From assembly GCA_041752695.1 (NCBI GenBank), contig JBGSVZ010000031.1:1-64000 (forward strand): 64,000 bases of DNA. Direction: 5' to 3'. Source of the DNA: Terrimicrobiaceae bacterium (GTDB lineage Bacteria; Verrucomicrobiota; Verrucomicrobiia; Chthoniobacterales; Terrimicrobiaceae). Positions 39,488 to 49,064 of this stretch are shown here, piece after piece. The notes beneath the pieces are model-generated. The model worked only from the letters and a program-made list of their open reading frames with translations. It ran no database searches and was not told the origin of the DNA. The position numbers and the translations under genes were made by a program. How positions within the stretch are numbered: the stretch's first letter is position 1; every line of letters begins with the position of its first letter.

Positions 39488-40072
39488 ATGCAAATTCACG
39501 CCAGAATCATTGACGACTTTAAGACGGAGCGGAAGGACATCAGTCCTCCTCTTCAGGCCTACCTCCGTCTTGTCCCTGTGTTGCTTTATGCAGCCATAGC
39601 CGGGTCCATTCTCCTCAACGCCCTTTTCATTGCCCGATATAGTCAGGCGGGTTCTGCAAGGGATACAGCCGTTCGACAGGATTCCGAACTGAATACCGAA
39701 TTGGATGGCGTCAAGAGTCGCCGCCAGGCCTTGGAAGATGAGACAAAAAAAGCCAGCGATCTATCGGCTTGGGTTGAGGCGTCCCGCCCCCTGCAGTCGC
39801 TCGTCGTTGAAATCGCGCGCAGTATGGGTTCGGATGCGTCCTTGGTGGACTTGTCCTTGGAGCGCGACACCACGAACCCCGCGCAGATTCTCCTCTCGAT
39901 GCGTCTGCAAAGTGAGAATCCCAAGCAGCTTGATGAAACCGTCCAAACGATTGCTCGAAATCGGTTTAGGACGTTTTCTCCCCAGCAGACTATGGAAAAG
40001 GGCGTCGTCGATTACAAAGCCACCCTTCTTTGGCAGAGTTCGGCTCGCGAGCAAACCGCCCCCGCGCAATGA
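39488..40072 (+). CDS. PilN-like bitopic membrane protein
   Basis: One TM, coiled coil, small alpha/beta domain; position in the operon. Confidence 0.55.
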   Translation: MQIHARIIDDFKTERKDISPPLQAYLRLVPVLLYAAIAGSILLNALFIARYSQAGSARDTAVRQDSELNTELDGVKSRRQALEDETKKASDLSAWVEASRPLQSLVVEIARSMGSDASLVDLSLERDTTNPAQILLSMRLQSENPKQLDETVQTIARNRFRTFSPQQTMEKGVVDYKATLLWQSSAREQTAPAQ

Positions 40073-40605
40073 ATAAGAAACATCTCGCCTGCGTTGTTAT
40101 CATAGTGCTCATTGCCTGCATTGTTCAATTCACGCTCTGGATGAACAAGCGTTCGGTGAACATGCGGAATGAGGCTGATGGCGCGAAGGCCAAGGTCTCT
40201 AATACCTCCATGCAGTTGCAGATTGAAAAAGGGCAATTGGCAGAACTCGACAAAAACTCCCGGTCCCTGATCGAATATTTAAAATCCTGGCAACCGTATT
40301 TTCGGGCGGTGGATTCCGCACAGAATGCGGAACTAAAAATTTCGCTGCGAATCAAAGAGGCCAATCTGGTGAGTCTGAGCCAAAAATATGAAGTGGCGTC
40401 GAATCCCGGAAACGCTTTTCTTCCCTCGGTCATGCGTGCGCAACTCACTTTCGAAGACGACTACGTCACGCTCTTGAACTGGCTGGGACAGGTTGAATCG
40501 CAGTTGCCGACGCTGAGAACGAGTGGAATTCGATTGAGTCGGGGATCCGGGGCGAACGACCTCAGGATGGAACTCGTTTTGGAACAACCCTTGTTGAAAA
40601 AGTGA
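40069..40605 (+). CDS. PilO-like bitopic membrane protein
   Basis: N-terminal TM, coiled coil, LTFEDDYVTLLNWLGQVESQLPTLR resembles the PilO G.Y..L..FL..LE pattern. Confidence 0.6.
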   Translation: MNKKHLACVVIIVLIACIVQFTLWMNKRSVNMRNEADGAKAKVSNTSMQLQIEKGQLAELDKNSRSLIEYLKSWQPYFRAVDSAQNAELKISLRIKEANLVSLSQKYEVASNPGNAFLPSVMRAQLTFEDDYVTLLNWLGQVESQLPTLRTSGIRLSRGSGANDLRMELVLEQPLLKK

Positions 40606-41123
40606 TGAAGACGTCCTTGGTGATTTTTCTTTGCGTGGTTTCCTCCGCTTTTGGTGTTTCCGATGTGGGTCTTCTCCCGGAGGACCGGATTTTCCTTGAG
40701 GTGACGGGAACGGAAAGGAACCCGTTTGGGCTGAATCTTCCCAAGGAAGAGATAGCAAAGCCCAAAGTTGAGAACGAAGAAGCACGGATTCGCGCCACCC
40801 TGGATTCTTTCACCGTTGGCGGAGTCAGCCGCAGCGAAGCCGGTGTTAAGGTTCTTTTTGGACCGCTTGTGTTGGAAAAAGGCAGAGAGGTCGCACCGGT
40901 CATTCCCAATCAGACGGAGGAACTGCAGGTCGTTTCCATTTCCGAGAAGAGCCTGGAGTTGGGTTTTGTGGAGAGCAATGGCGTGGTGGCGCTGCGCAAA
41001 GTTTCCATCACCCTGGACCTTGCTCCCGGCGTGCAGTTTAAACTGGGGAAAAAAGCCGACGGGGGCAAGGGCCGCGGCTTTGATGGAGTCATCAGTAAAG
41101 ATGAACCCGCAACCCAACAATGA
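40602..41123 (+). CDS. PilP/GspC-like exported protein
   Basis: Signal peptide, ERNPF motif (PilP RDPF-like), short beta domain. Confidence 0.5.
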   Translation: MMKTSLVIFLCVVSSAFGVSDVGLLPEDRIFLEVTGTERNPFGLNLPKEEIAKPKVENEEARIRATLDSFTVGGVSRSEAGVKVLFGPLVLEKGREVAPVIPNQTEELQVVSISEKSLELGFVESNGVVALRKVSITLDLAPGVQFKLGKKADGGKGRGFDGVISKDEPATQQ

Positions 41124-42099
41124 TTTACGGTGCCGGTGTGCAACACCGATAAACCGAAAATCTCCCGGATTTGGGAGAGGCGGGGGATTCACCTTCGTCG
41201 AGTTACTGGTCGCGATTTCCGTGGGGGCTGCTGTTTTGGCCGCGGCCGTGCTTTGTTTTCAGGCGATCGGAGCCTCTCGCGGGCGAGCGGGAACGTATGA
41301 GTCGGTGCAGGTGGGGTCGATATCGATCGCCAATTTTTATTATCTAAACACCAACGCGCTCACCGTCTGGTTCGCACCCAATTACGGGCGGATGGCACAG
41401 GCGGAGGCGATCAAGGATCAGTTCATCAAGGACTCGCAGAGAACAATGGCCGTTTATTGTCTACCGAGAGTGGGGCCAAGTTCCATCCGGCCGTCCAGCA
41501 TCAGTCTCTCTGGCACCTACGCCGCCACCAATTTTGACCTCCGGCGTTTGGACACGGGCGAGGCCTTCCGGCAATTCCTCGCCAGCACAGTCACCGCATC
41601 CGGATCGGTCTTTACCTCCAATGCGTTTGCTACGGAAGGTGCGGTGCGAGGACAAAACCTTTCGGTCTTTATGGTTTCTTCGGGCGTGTCGGGAAATTCC
41701 GCGGCTTTGTTTATCGATGCCGTTTATGAATTGGATTTTGTCCGGGTGACGAACAGCCCCTCGGGAACATTTGCCTCCGTGCGCCGCTATGCGGGGACAA
41801 ATCGGGTGGCGCCCTCTGATTTTTACGATATTTTTTATCCCGATTACTGGAATGGGACCGATACGACTCTGGTGGACAATTCCCGATTTTACGTGGCGGC
41901 CAATTTCGAGCGTTCAGATCGCTCCACGGGGACTACCGTTTCCTCCAATCGGGTTGCTGTGAACCAGCCCTTCTATTTTGTGTGGTGGCCGGATCCGGCG
42001 TCGGTGACCCTGCCGACCGGGTCGTCGACGAACTATAAGGCCATGATGCGAGACCAGACGTCTTATCTCATGGTCGTTCCCATGTTTCCCGCCTTATGA
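41101..42099 (+). CDS. Minor pilin (PilW/GspJ-like)
   Basis: GG|FTFVELLVAISVGAAVLAAAV; 332 aa from ATG 41101. Confidence 0.8.
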   Translation: MNPQPNNDLRCRCATPINRKSPGFGRGGGFTFVELLVAISVGAAVLAAAVLCFQAIGASRGRAGTYESVQVGSISIANFYYLNTNALTVWFAPNYGRMAQAEAIKDQFIKDSQRTMAVYCLPRVGPSSIRPSSISLSGTYAATNFDLRRLDTGEAFRQFLASTVTASGSVFTSNAFATEGAVRGQNLSVFMVSSGVSGNSAALFIDAVYELDFVRVTNSPSGTFASVRRYAGTNRVAPSDFYDIFYPDYWNGTDTTLVDNSRFYVAANFERSDRSTGTTVSSNRVAVNQPFYFVWWPDPASVTLPTGSSTNYKAMMRDQTSYLMVVPMFPAL

Positions 42100-43451
42100 A
42101 AGTTTCCCAAGGCAGCCCATCCTTTCTCTCCCGTGGCAGGCTTTCCGGTCCGGCCTCCCGCCGCGGAACGATCATGATTTTTGCCCTGATCATCATTGCG
42201 GTCGGGGCCATCGCAATCTCCGGCTGGGTTTATCTGATGGGCGGGCTCTCGGAGTATACCGATGCCATGCGGGACGGAATGAGACGCCGGGTGACCCTGG
42301 AAAATAGCCGGGCAATGGCCAATCAATATTATCGGGGATATTTGATCTCGGGCGCCGCCCAGGCGGCTTGGACCAACTACGCTTTCGCCTCCGGGGGAAA
42401 CACTTTGGGGGGAATCGGTGTGGGTGCAGCGGGCGCCAACCCTTTGACCACGGCCAATTCCGGAGACATTCTGGTCAACCTGTTTGGGCCAGCGGGGGCG
42501 TCCTACTCGGACGCGACCTATTTTGCCGGATTTTCCACGAACCTTACCGCAAACCTTTCGGATGGGACGACCAATGGGACGATTCCTTGGAGAATCCAAG
42601 TGAGGTCGCGCGCTCCCATGTTTGGATACGACGTCCTCAATCCCATCGGGATGTCGAACTTCCCCTCATCCGTTTCCGTGGCAAATCCCTCCGCGTTGGG
42701 CACGTCTGAGGGCCCGCGAACGAGCGCGGATTTCCTAAACAGTGCTTTTCCGCCGGAAATTCCGACCACGGTCACCCATGTGGCTTATAGCGGCACGGTG
42801 ACCCTGGGAGGATCGTCCATTCCGGTGACATCCTTTTCTTCCACGCAGGCGAATGGAAGCCATAGCAGCAATAATAACCGGCAAAGTCGGCTCTGGACAG
42901 GAACGACCGGGAATATTGCAGTGATTTATCTGAACCGGGATCCTTCCCCGAACTCACCTTCTGCGAGAATCTATCGCATCACTGGCAACGACGCCCGGCA
43001 GTTGGTACTGTCCAGCGATTCCGGAACCAGCACGGTCTCAATTGCCGACCCGTCGAGCGCGCCGCCCATTCTTATTCAGGTCACTTCGGCTCATGGATCT
43101 TCCGGCGGCAGCGGAACCAACAATTTTTTTATCACCGTTCCGCAAGGGAATCAGCGCCGGGTTTTCTTGTCAGTTGACAGTAGGCATCGGTTTACCACGA
43201 CGATATCGGGCGGAGGATCGGGTACCACCCGCCTCGTCGCTAATTTTGGTGGCACGGTCTATGGGGGAACGAGCCGACCAGGGTTCGCCCTGCCCGGTAA
43301 TCATGTCTTGCAGGGAGGATTTCGGGCGGGTGCTTCGGACGTGTCCGTCTCGGGAGGAACGTTAAGCATTATCCGGGAGACCGCCTCGCTCCCCGTGCTG
43401 GAAGCTATGGCCCCGCGTCGTGGCTGGGTGGAGACCTATCGCAATGACTGA
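42096..43451 (+). CDS. Minor pilin (PilX/GspK-like, no Glu5)
   Basis: RRG|TIMIFALIIIAVGAIAI hydrophobic N-terminus lacking E5; large Ser/Thr/Gly-rich domain. Confidence 0.7.
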   Translation: MKVSQGSPSFLSRGRLSGPASRRGTIMIFALIIIAVGAIAISGWVYLMGGLSEYTDAMRDGMRRRVTLENSRAMANQYYRGYLISGAAQAAWTNYAFASGGNTLGGIGVGAAGANPLTTANSGDILVNLFGPAGASYSDATYFAGFSTNLTANLSDGTTNGTIPWRIQVRSRAPMFGYDVLNPIGMSNFPSSVSVANPSALGTSEGPRTSADFLNSAFPPEIPTTVTHVAYSGTVTLGGSSIPVTSFSSTQANGSHSSNNNRQSRLWTGTTGNIAVIYLNRDPSPNSPSARIYRITGNDARQLVLSSDSGTSTVSIADPSSAPPILIQVTSAHGSSGGSGTNNFFITVPQGNQRRVFLSVDSRHRFTTTISGGGSGTTRLVANFGGTVYGGTSRPGFALPGNHVLQGGFRAGASDVSVSGGTLSIIRETASLPVLEAMAPRRGWVETYRND

Positions 43452-43920
43452 CGCTTTTCGAAATGGGAAGTCGAAGGCCGGCCCTCAGAAAGTCCCGAGG
43501 TCCGGAGGAAGAATGCTTCGTCCGGTTTTTTCCGCCCGGGGTTACACACTGATCGAAGTCCTCATAGCCGCAGTACTCGTGGCGATCGGGGCCGCGGCGG
43601 CGGCCATGCTTTCCCTCACCATGGTGTCGCAGCAGTTGACGAGTGTCACGGTTGCCCGGGCTCTTAACTACCAGGAGCAGGCCTGTCGTCTTTATCAGCT
43701 CGGATTGGACCAAACCACCATTACGAATATTTTGCCGAGGGAGTCTGGTGTGACTTCCCTCACTTTTAGCACCAGTTCAGTGACCTTAACTAACGTAGGG
43801 ATCGTCCACTTAGCCGTCTGCACCAACACCTATAACGTCGGTTCGTTGCTGACATCCTCCGGCACAGCCGCCGCCACGCAAACCAATGTGGTGGCTGTTG
43901 TCCGTCCGAGTATTCGCTGA
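43444..43920 (+). CDS. Minor pilin (PilV/GspI-like)
   Basis: RG|YTLIEVLIAAVLVAIG. Start may be 43444 or 43513. Confidence 0.8.
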   Translation: MTDAFRNGKSKAGPQKVPRSGGRMLRPVFSARGYTLIEVLIAAVLVAIGAAAAAMLSLTMVSQQLTSVTVARALNYQEQACRLYQLGLDQTTITNILPRESGVTSLTFSTSSVTLTNVGIVHLAVCTNTYNVGSLLTSSGTAAATQTNVVAVVRPSIR

Positions 43921-43934
43921 TCCAGATTGAAATT

Positions 43935-45197
43935 ATGCTGAAGAAAGTCGTCCTTACCAACGTACACACGCTGAAGCCTTTTGAGGTGGTGGTTGATACC
44001 GATGACGATGCCAAGGCCATTCTCGGGGCGGGTAAGGCGCCCAATGAAACGGTGGCCGTCACCGATATCACCGGTCTGGATGAGTGGATTCATCGTGCCA
44101 CCACCCCCCGGCCTTCCGGTGACGAAATGGTCATCTTTTTTGGGGGAATGGCCCGATGCTTGGAGCGAAACATCTCCACCATCAAAAGTCTGGAATTGCT
44201 GGCCAGTCGGATGAAGACCCCGCGGTACCGGGGGGCGATTGCGGAAATCTCCCACCAGATTCTCAGCGGGGACAAGCTGAGCGACTGCTTTGCGATGCAT
44301 CCGGATTTGTTCACGGAGGACATCATTGCATTGGTCCGGGCTGGGGAGGAATCCGGTTTGATTGCCCAGGTTTTTCACCAGATTGCCAACACCTACGGCA
44401 AGGCGCAAAAGGTTCTCAAGAAGCTGAAGGCGGGTCTCATTTACCCGGCGATCGTCATGGTTCTGGCTGTGGCGGTGACCATCGTGATGAGTTTTACCCT
44501 GGTACCGGCCATCTCCAAACTCTACGGGGCGATGAACGTCGCTTTGCCCTTGCCCACCCAGGTGATGATGAAGTTCTCCGACACGCTGCTCAAACAGCCC
44601 TACCTTGCGGCGGTGCCGATCGTGGCCATGATGGCGTTTTTTCGTTATTGGGGAAAATTTTACCGGATTCCGCAGGTTCACGTGACGCTCACCCGCCTGC
44701 CGACCGTGGGGAACATCATCCGCAAGTCTGCGGCGATGATCAGTTTTCGCTGTCTGGCCTTGCTCCTCCAGGCGAACGTGAGAGTGAGTTCAGCGCTGGA
44801 GATTGCGGCGAAAAGTTCCAGCCACAAAGAATTTGAAGACTTTTATCTGACGGTGCGCCATCACGTGAACGAGGGTCTGTCACTCTCGGAGGCATTCCTG
44901 ATGGAATCCCATAGATTGGGTCCCGACGGAAGGACGGTTGCGGCTGTCGTGCAGATGGCCGGGGAGACCGGAGGCGTCAACGAGATGTTGGATGAAATCG
45001 CCACGGATTACGAAGAGGAGTTGGATCTCATCGCCAGTCACATCGACAAAATCATTGAGCCGATCATGCTCGTGGTCATGGGGGTGATTGTGGGAAGCCT
45101 GGTTTATGCAATCTACGGCCCGATCTTCAATTTAAGTAAGGTTATTCTCCCGAAGAAGCCGGGCGGGTCGGTGCCGGTGGCGACCCAGTCTCCGTGA
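43935..45197 (+). CDS. pilC: PilC/GspF platform protein
   Basis: LVRAGEESG, LIYPAIV, LPLPTQ, GETGGVNEML, IEPIM, AIYGPIF. Confidence 0.92.
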   Translation: MLKKVVLTNVHTLKPFEVVVDTDDDAKAILGAGKAPNETVAVTDITGLDEWIHRATTPRPSGDEMVIFFGGMARCLERNISTIKSLELLASRMKTPRYRGAIAEISHQILSGDKLSDCFAMHPDLFTEDIIALVRAGEESGLIAQVFHQIANTYGKAQKVLKKLKAGLIYPAIVMVLAVAVTIVMSFTLVPAISKLYGAMNVALPLPTQVMMKFSDTLLKQPYLAAVPIVAMMAFFRYWGKFYRIPQVHVTLTRLPTVGNIIRKSAAMISFRCLALLLQANVRVSSALEIAAKSSSHKEFEDFYLTVRHHVNEGLSLSEAFLMESHRLGPDGRTVAAVVQMAGETGGVNEMLDEIATDYEEELDLIASHIDKIIEPIMLVVMGVIVGSLVYAIYGPIFNLSKVILPKKPGGSVPVATQSP

Positions 45198-47686
45198 GGT
45201 TCCTGACGGGAACGGTTTATTCCAAGGCCTTGGTCATCTTTTTGGCCGCGGCTCTCGGTTTGCTGGGTGCGGTGGCCGCCCTTTCCCAGTTTGTCATTTT
45301 GCGGGAGTTGGGCCTGAGCGAAGAACGCGAGATGCGGGCAATGCTGCAGCGCCTGACTCATGTCCTGAATCGGGATTTCCGGCCCTTGGAGACAGGGGTG
45401 GCGGAGTGGATGCCTTCTGCTCCCGAGACCTCGGCGGCAAAGGGTGAGTGGCAGATTGACGAGGATCTCCAAAAGTCCGGGATGGATTTTGCGGTGATGT
45501 GCGATTTGACCGGCCTGCCGGTGAGTGTGGCCGTTAATCCCGATGCCTCAGACATCCTGCAGGGCGACCAGGCTTTCTTCGGGCGACTGGGACGGGAACT
45601 CAGCAGGCTGAATCCTGATTTGACGGGGCATGGCACGGGGTCGGTTTTGGTGAAGGGCCACCTCTGTCAGATTGCTTACCGGTTTCTTCCGGGAGATGAG
45701 GGATTTCTGACGAGCGGGAAGATCTATCGGCGGGATTCGTGGGGCTTTTTCGAAGGGCTTTTTTCGGCGGCCGTTGCCTTCCAGCCTTTCGAAAATCCGA
45801 GCATCCACGACTCTACGGGCCGCCATCTTTTACAATTATTAGCGACCCAGGTTGCGGTGGTTGATGCCAGTCGGGAAGATCAGATCACGGGCTATAGCTT
45901 GATCAAGGGTTTGAACAAACTCCCATTAGGGTACGTCAGCATTTCGCAGCCCCGACCTCTCCGGCAGGAGGGATTGCGCGCCATCCAGGTGTTTCTCACC
46001 GGCATTTGTCTGGCGGGGGGAGGTCTGGTGATGGTGGTCTGGTTTTTGCTCGACCGCACGATTCTGGCGCGGATCAAGGATCTGACGCGCAGGCTGGATT
46101 CGGAAAAGCGGCTTGGACGCTTGCCGGTAAAGCTGGATTTCCGAGGCGAAGACGAGTTGGGTACCCTTGCGCGGAGCATCGAGGATCTGGCCGGCCTTCT
46201 GGAGAGCACGCAATCCTTGCACCGTGCGGTGCTGGAGGATCAAACGGAATTGATCTGCCGGTTCGACGCCGGGTTCCGCCTGTCCTTTGGCAATGCAATT
46301 TTTCTCCGGCTTTTCCACATCGAGGCTTCCAGCCTGGTCTCCCGCCATCTTGGTGAGTTCCTTCCGTCGCGGTCGTGGCGGGATTTAAAGGACCAGTTTG
46401 AGAAGCTTTCCCGGGAAAAACCGATTGCCAGTTACACGCTGGAAATGCGGCTCGGAGACGGCCAGGTTCCCCAGTGGTTTCGCAGTACCCTGCGGCGGAA
46501 TTTTGACGATGCGGGCAACTCGCTGGGAGGACAGTGGGTGTTGGCGGAAATCACCGCGCAGGTTGAGGCGCAGAGAAAAATGATCGAGTCCGAAAGGCGG
46601 TTTCGCAGGCTTTTCGAGTCGGCGTCGGACGGTCTTTTGCTCATCGAGGGGGCTACTCTGATAATTTCTGACATCAATCCCAGCCTATGCCGAATGTTGA
46701 TGGTGGCTGGGTCCGAGGTGCTCGGACGCCGGCTAGATCAGATCGAGTCCTTCGTGCCGTGTATGGCCATCGTGGAGGATTTCCGTCGAGGCGAGGTGGG
46801 GCGTGGCGCGCCGTTCCGCAGCGAGTGTCGCATGCGGCGCGGCGATGACACCAGTTTGTTTGTGGAATTGCGCTGCGGCCAATACGACGTGGACGATATC
46901 GGATTTGTTCAGCTGAGTTTCAGCAACATCAGCGAACGCGTGCTTGGAGAGCAGGAATTGAGAAGGCTTTCCGCGAAATTGCTCCGTATGCAGGATGAGG
47001 AACGCCGCCGCATCGCGCGTGAGCTGCACGATTCCACGGCACAAAATCTTTCCGCGCTGGAAATGAACATGAGCCTGCTCGAGCCTTTGCTGGCTGGTGC
47101 CGATCCCCGCGCTGCGCGGATCGTCGCCGATACCCGCCAGATTGCCGGGGAATGCTCCCGAGAATTGCGGAACATCTCCTACCTTCTTCACCCCCCATTG
47201 ATTGATGAGGTGGGTCTGGCCTTTGCCATCCGCTGGTTTGCCGACGGCTTTTCCAAACGCACGGGCATCGAAACCGAGGTGGTGATTGGAGAAGGGTTTC
47301 CCCGCTTGGGGCCCGACCTGGAAATGCCCTTGTTCCGCGTGGTCCAGGAAGCGACGACGAATATTTACCGACATTCCGGTGCGGATAAGGCGTGGGTCAA
47401 ACTGGAGTATCGGGACCGGATTGTGACGATGGAAATCCGGGACAATGGCCGGGGATTCCGGGAGGGGGCGGTGGTCAAGACCGCCGACGAAAAAGAATTG
47501 GGTACGGGGGTGGGACTGGCGGGGATGAAGGAGCGGCTGGCCAATGTCGGCGGGAAACTGACCATCGAAAGTTCGCCGTTGGGCTCGACCCTTTCCATCC
47601 GCTTGATTCTCAGTCTGCAGGAGGTGGACTACCTCGATCACGCCATCGCACCTTCCCTGGAAGCTTCGTGCCTCACCGAACCATAG
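45194..47686 (+). CDS. Membrane sensor histidine kinase (periplasmic sensor, HAMP, two PAS, HisKA_3, HATPase)
   Basis: Two TMs, DELGTLA, EDQTELICRF, EERRRIARELHDS, FRVVQEATTNIYRHS, DNGRGF, GVGLAGMKER. Confidence 0.92.
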   Translation: MRFLTGTVYSKALVIFLAAALGLLGAVAALSQFVILRELGLSEEREMRAMLQRLTHVLNRDFRPLETGVAEWMPSAPETSAAKGEWQIDEDLQKSGMDFAVMCDLTGLPVSVAVNPDASDILQGDQAFFGRLGRELSRLNPDLTGHGTGSVLVKGHLCQIAYRFLPGDEGFLTSGKIYRRDSWGFFEGLFSAAVAFQPFENPSIHDSTGRHLLQLLATQVAVVDASREDQITGYSLIKGLNKLPLGYVSISQPRPLRQEGLRAIQVFLTGICLAGGGLVMVVWFLLDRTILARIKDLTRRLDSEKRLGRLPVKLDFRGEDELGTLARSIEDLAGLLESTQSLHRAVLEDQTELICRFDAGFRLSFGNAIFLRLFHIEASSLVSRHLGEFLPSRSWRDLKDQFEKLSREKPIASYTLEMRLGDGQVPQWFRSTLRRNFDDAGNSLGGQWVLAEITAQVEAQRKMIESERRFRRLFESASDGLLLIEGATLIISDINPSLCRMLMVAGSEVLGRRLDQIESFVPCMAIVEDFRRGEVGRGAPFRSECRMRRGDDTSLFVELRCGQYDVDDIGFVQLSFSNISERVLGEQELRRLSAKLLRMQDEERRRIARELHDSTAQNLSALEMNMSLLEPLLAGADPRAARIVADTRQIAGECSRELRNISYLLHPPLIDEVGLAFAIRWFADGFSKRTGIETEVVIGEGFPRLGPDLEMPLFRVVQEATTNIYRHSGADKAWVKLEYRDRIVTMEIRDNGRGFREGAVVKTADEKELGTGVGLAGMKERLANVGGKLTIESSPLGSTLSIRLILSLQEVDYLDHAIAPSLEASCLTEP

Positions 47687-47800
47687 CCTGGGTTTCACTC
47701 ACCAGGTTAAGAAATTTTCGATTTCTTTATCGCACAGCAGACGTGTCTGGGTTGAACTTATAGAAGCAAGCCAAGCGCGTCCTTAACATCATTCGAGACC

Positions 47801-48454
47801 ATGCCGAAGATCCGCATCATTATTGCCGATGACCATGAAATCGTGAGGCAGGGCGTGAGAAACCTCGTGGAAAATGAGCCGGATATGGAGGTCTGTGGCG
47901 AGGCGACGATTGGGCGGGACGCTGTGGAATTGGTGGCGCGGTTGCACCCCGATGTCGCGGTGCTTGACATCAGTATGCCGGGACTGAATGGGATTGAAGC
48001 GGCGAGGCAGATTGTCAAAAGCGACTCAAAAACCCGGATCCTGATGTTTACGATGCACGAAGCCGAGCAGCTGGTGCACGAGGTCTTCGGTGCCGGTGCG
48101 AAAGGTTACCTTCTCAAATCCGACGCGGGTCGGCATCTCGTTCCCGCCATCCGCACGGTGGCTCAAGGTTCCCACTATTTCAGTTCCCGCCTGTCCGAGG
48201 TGATTTTCAGCGGGTTTATGAATCGGGACAGCCCGGTGGCACCAGCCCAATCTTCCCCCAAACCCAGCTCGCGAGAACGGGAGATTATCCAGTTGCTGGC
48301 GGAGGGAAAAAGTAACAAGGACGTCGCTTCCGTTTTGGGAATCAGTGTAAAAACCGCCGAAACCCACCGTGCAGCGGTAATGCGCAAGCTCGGGCTTCAC
48401 TCCGTGAGCGAGCTCGTCCGGTATGCCATTCGCAACCACATTATCGAAGCGTAA
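47801..48454 (+). CDS. NarL/LuxR family response regulator
   Basis: ADDHEIVRQG, LDISMPGLNG, GYLLK, REREIIQLLAEGKSNKDVA...SVKTAETHR. Confidence 0.95.
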   Translation: MPKIRIIIADDHEIVRQGVRNLVENEPDMEVCGEATIGRDAVELVARLHPDVAVLDISMPGLNGIEAARQIVKSDSKTRILMFTMHEAEQLVHEVFGAGAKGYLLKSDAGRHLVPAIRTVAQGSHYFSSRLSEVIFSGFMNRDSPVAPAQSSPKPSSREREIIQLLAEGKSNKDVASVLGISVKTAETHRAAVMRKLGLHSVSELVRYAIRNHIIEA

Positions 48455-48517
48455 TTGTGCAACGTTGCGTGTTGTTCCTACAGGTTTTCCTTCGATCAAT
48501 TTACCATATCCCCGGAA

Positions 48518-48546
48518 TTGCCGAATTCTCCCCGGGTCGGTAATTT
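48518..48546 (+). promoter_or_regulatory. Candidate sigma70 promoter of the first pilin
   Basis: TTGCCG-N17-TAATTT ending 9 nt before the ATG at 48556. Confidence 0.4.
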
Positions 48547-48555
48547 TCTCTAGAA

Positions 48556-48945
48556 ATGAAAACCAAATCCTTCAGTCTGTCGGTTCAAAAAGGCTTCAGC
48601 CTTGTTGAGTTGCTCGTTGTTATCGCGGTCATCGCCATTATTGCGGCGATTGCGATTCCTAACATTGCCGGTATTACCGGAGCGGCCAACACAGCGAAAA
48701 CTCAGCGCAATGCCCAGAATCTGGCATCAACCTACAATGCGGCGATCGCAGCAGGTTATGCTGGCACAAACTCCGAGGCTGGTGCGATTACCGCTGTGAC
48801 CAACGGTATCTCCGTGGTCATCGGCAATACCACCAACTCTTTCCGGGTTGACGGCCTTTCCGCCACGGAGTCGACGGCAGCGCAGACCTACCTGAGCCAC
48901 AACACCACCAACAACACGCTCATCTACACCTCGAGCACCAACTAA
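48556..48945 (+). CDS. Type IV pilin, probable major pilin
   Basis: KG|FSLVELLVVIAVIAIIAAIAIPN; own candidate promoter and 3' hairpin. Confidence 0.9.
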   Translation: MKTKSFSLSVQKGFSLVELLVVIAVIAIIAAIAIPNIAGITGAANTAKTQRNAQNLASTYNAAIAAGYAGTNSEAGAITAVTNGISVVIGNTTNSFRVDGLSATESTAAQTYLSHNTTNNTLIYTSSTN

Positions 48946-48962
48946 TCTAGTCAGGCTTTCTG

Positions 48963-48988
48963 GAGAGACACCCGTGGGGGTGTCTCTC
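48963..48988 (+). terminator. Stem-loop after the first pilin (terminator or mRNA stabiliser)
   Basis: GAGAGACACCC-GTGG-GGGTGTCTCTC, perfect 11-bp stem, no strong U-tract. Confidence 0.65.
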
Positions 48989-49064
48989 TGTGGCCCGGTG
49001 ATGTGACTGTTTTCCCCCCGGAAATCCACTGCAACCTTTCGTGAAACTCTGAATCTTCGTGAGG

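Noticed and set aside
40768..41100. N-terminal extension of the 443-aa ORF
   Set aside because: Overlaps the PilP-like gene in another frame; the prepilin motif lies just after ATG 41101.
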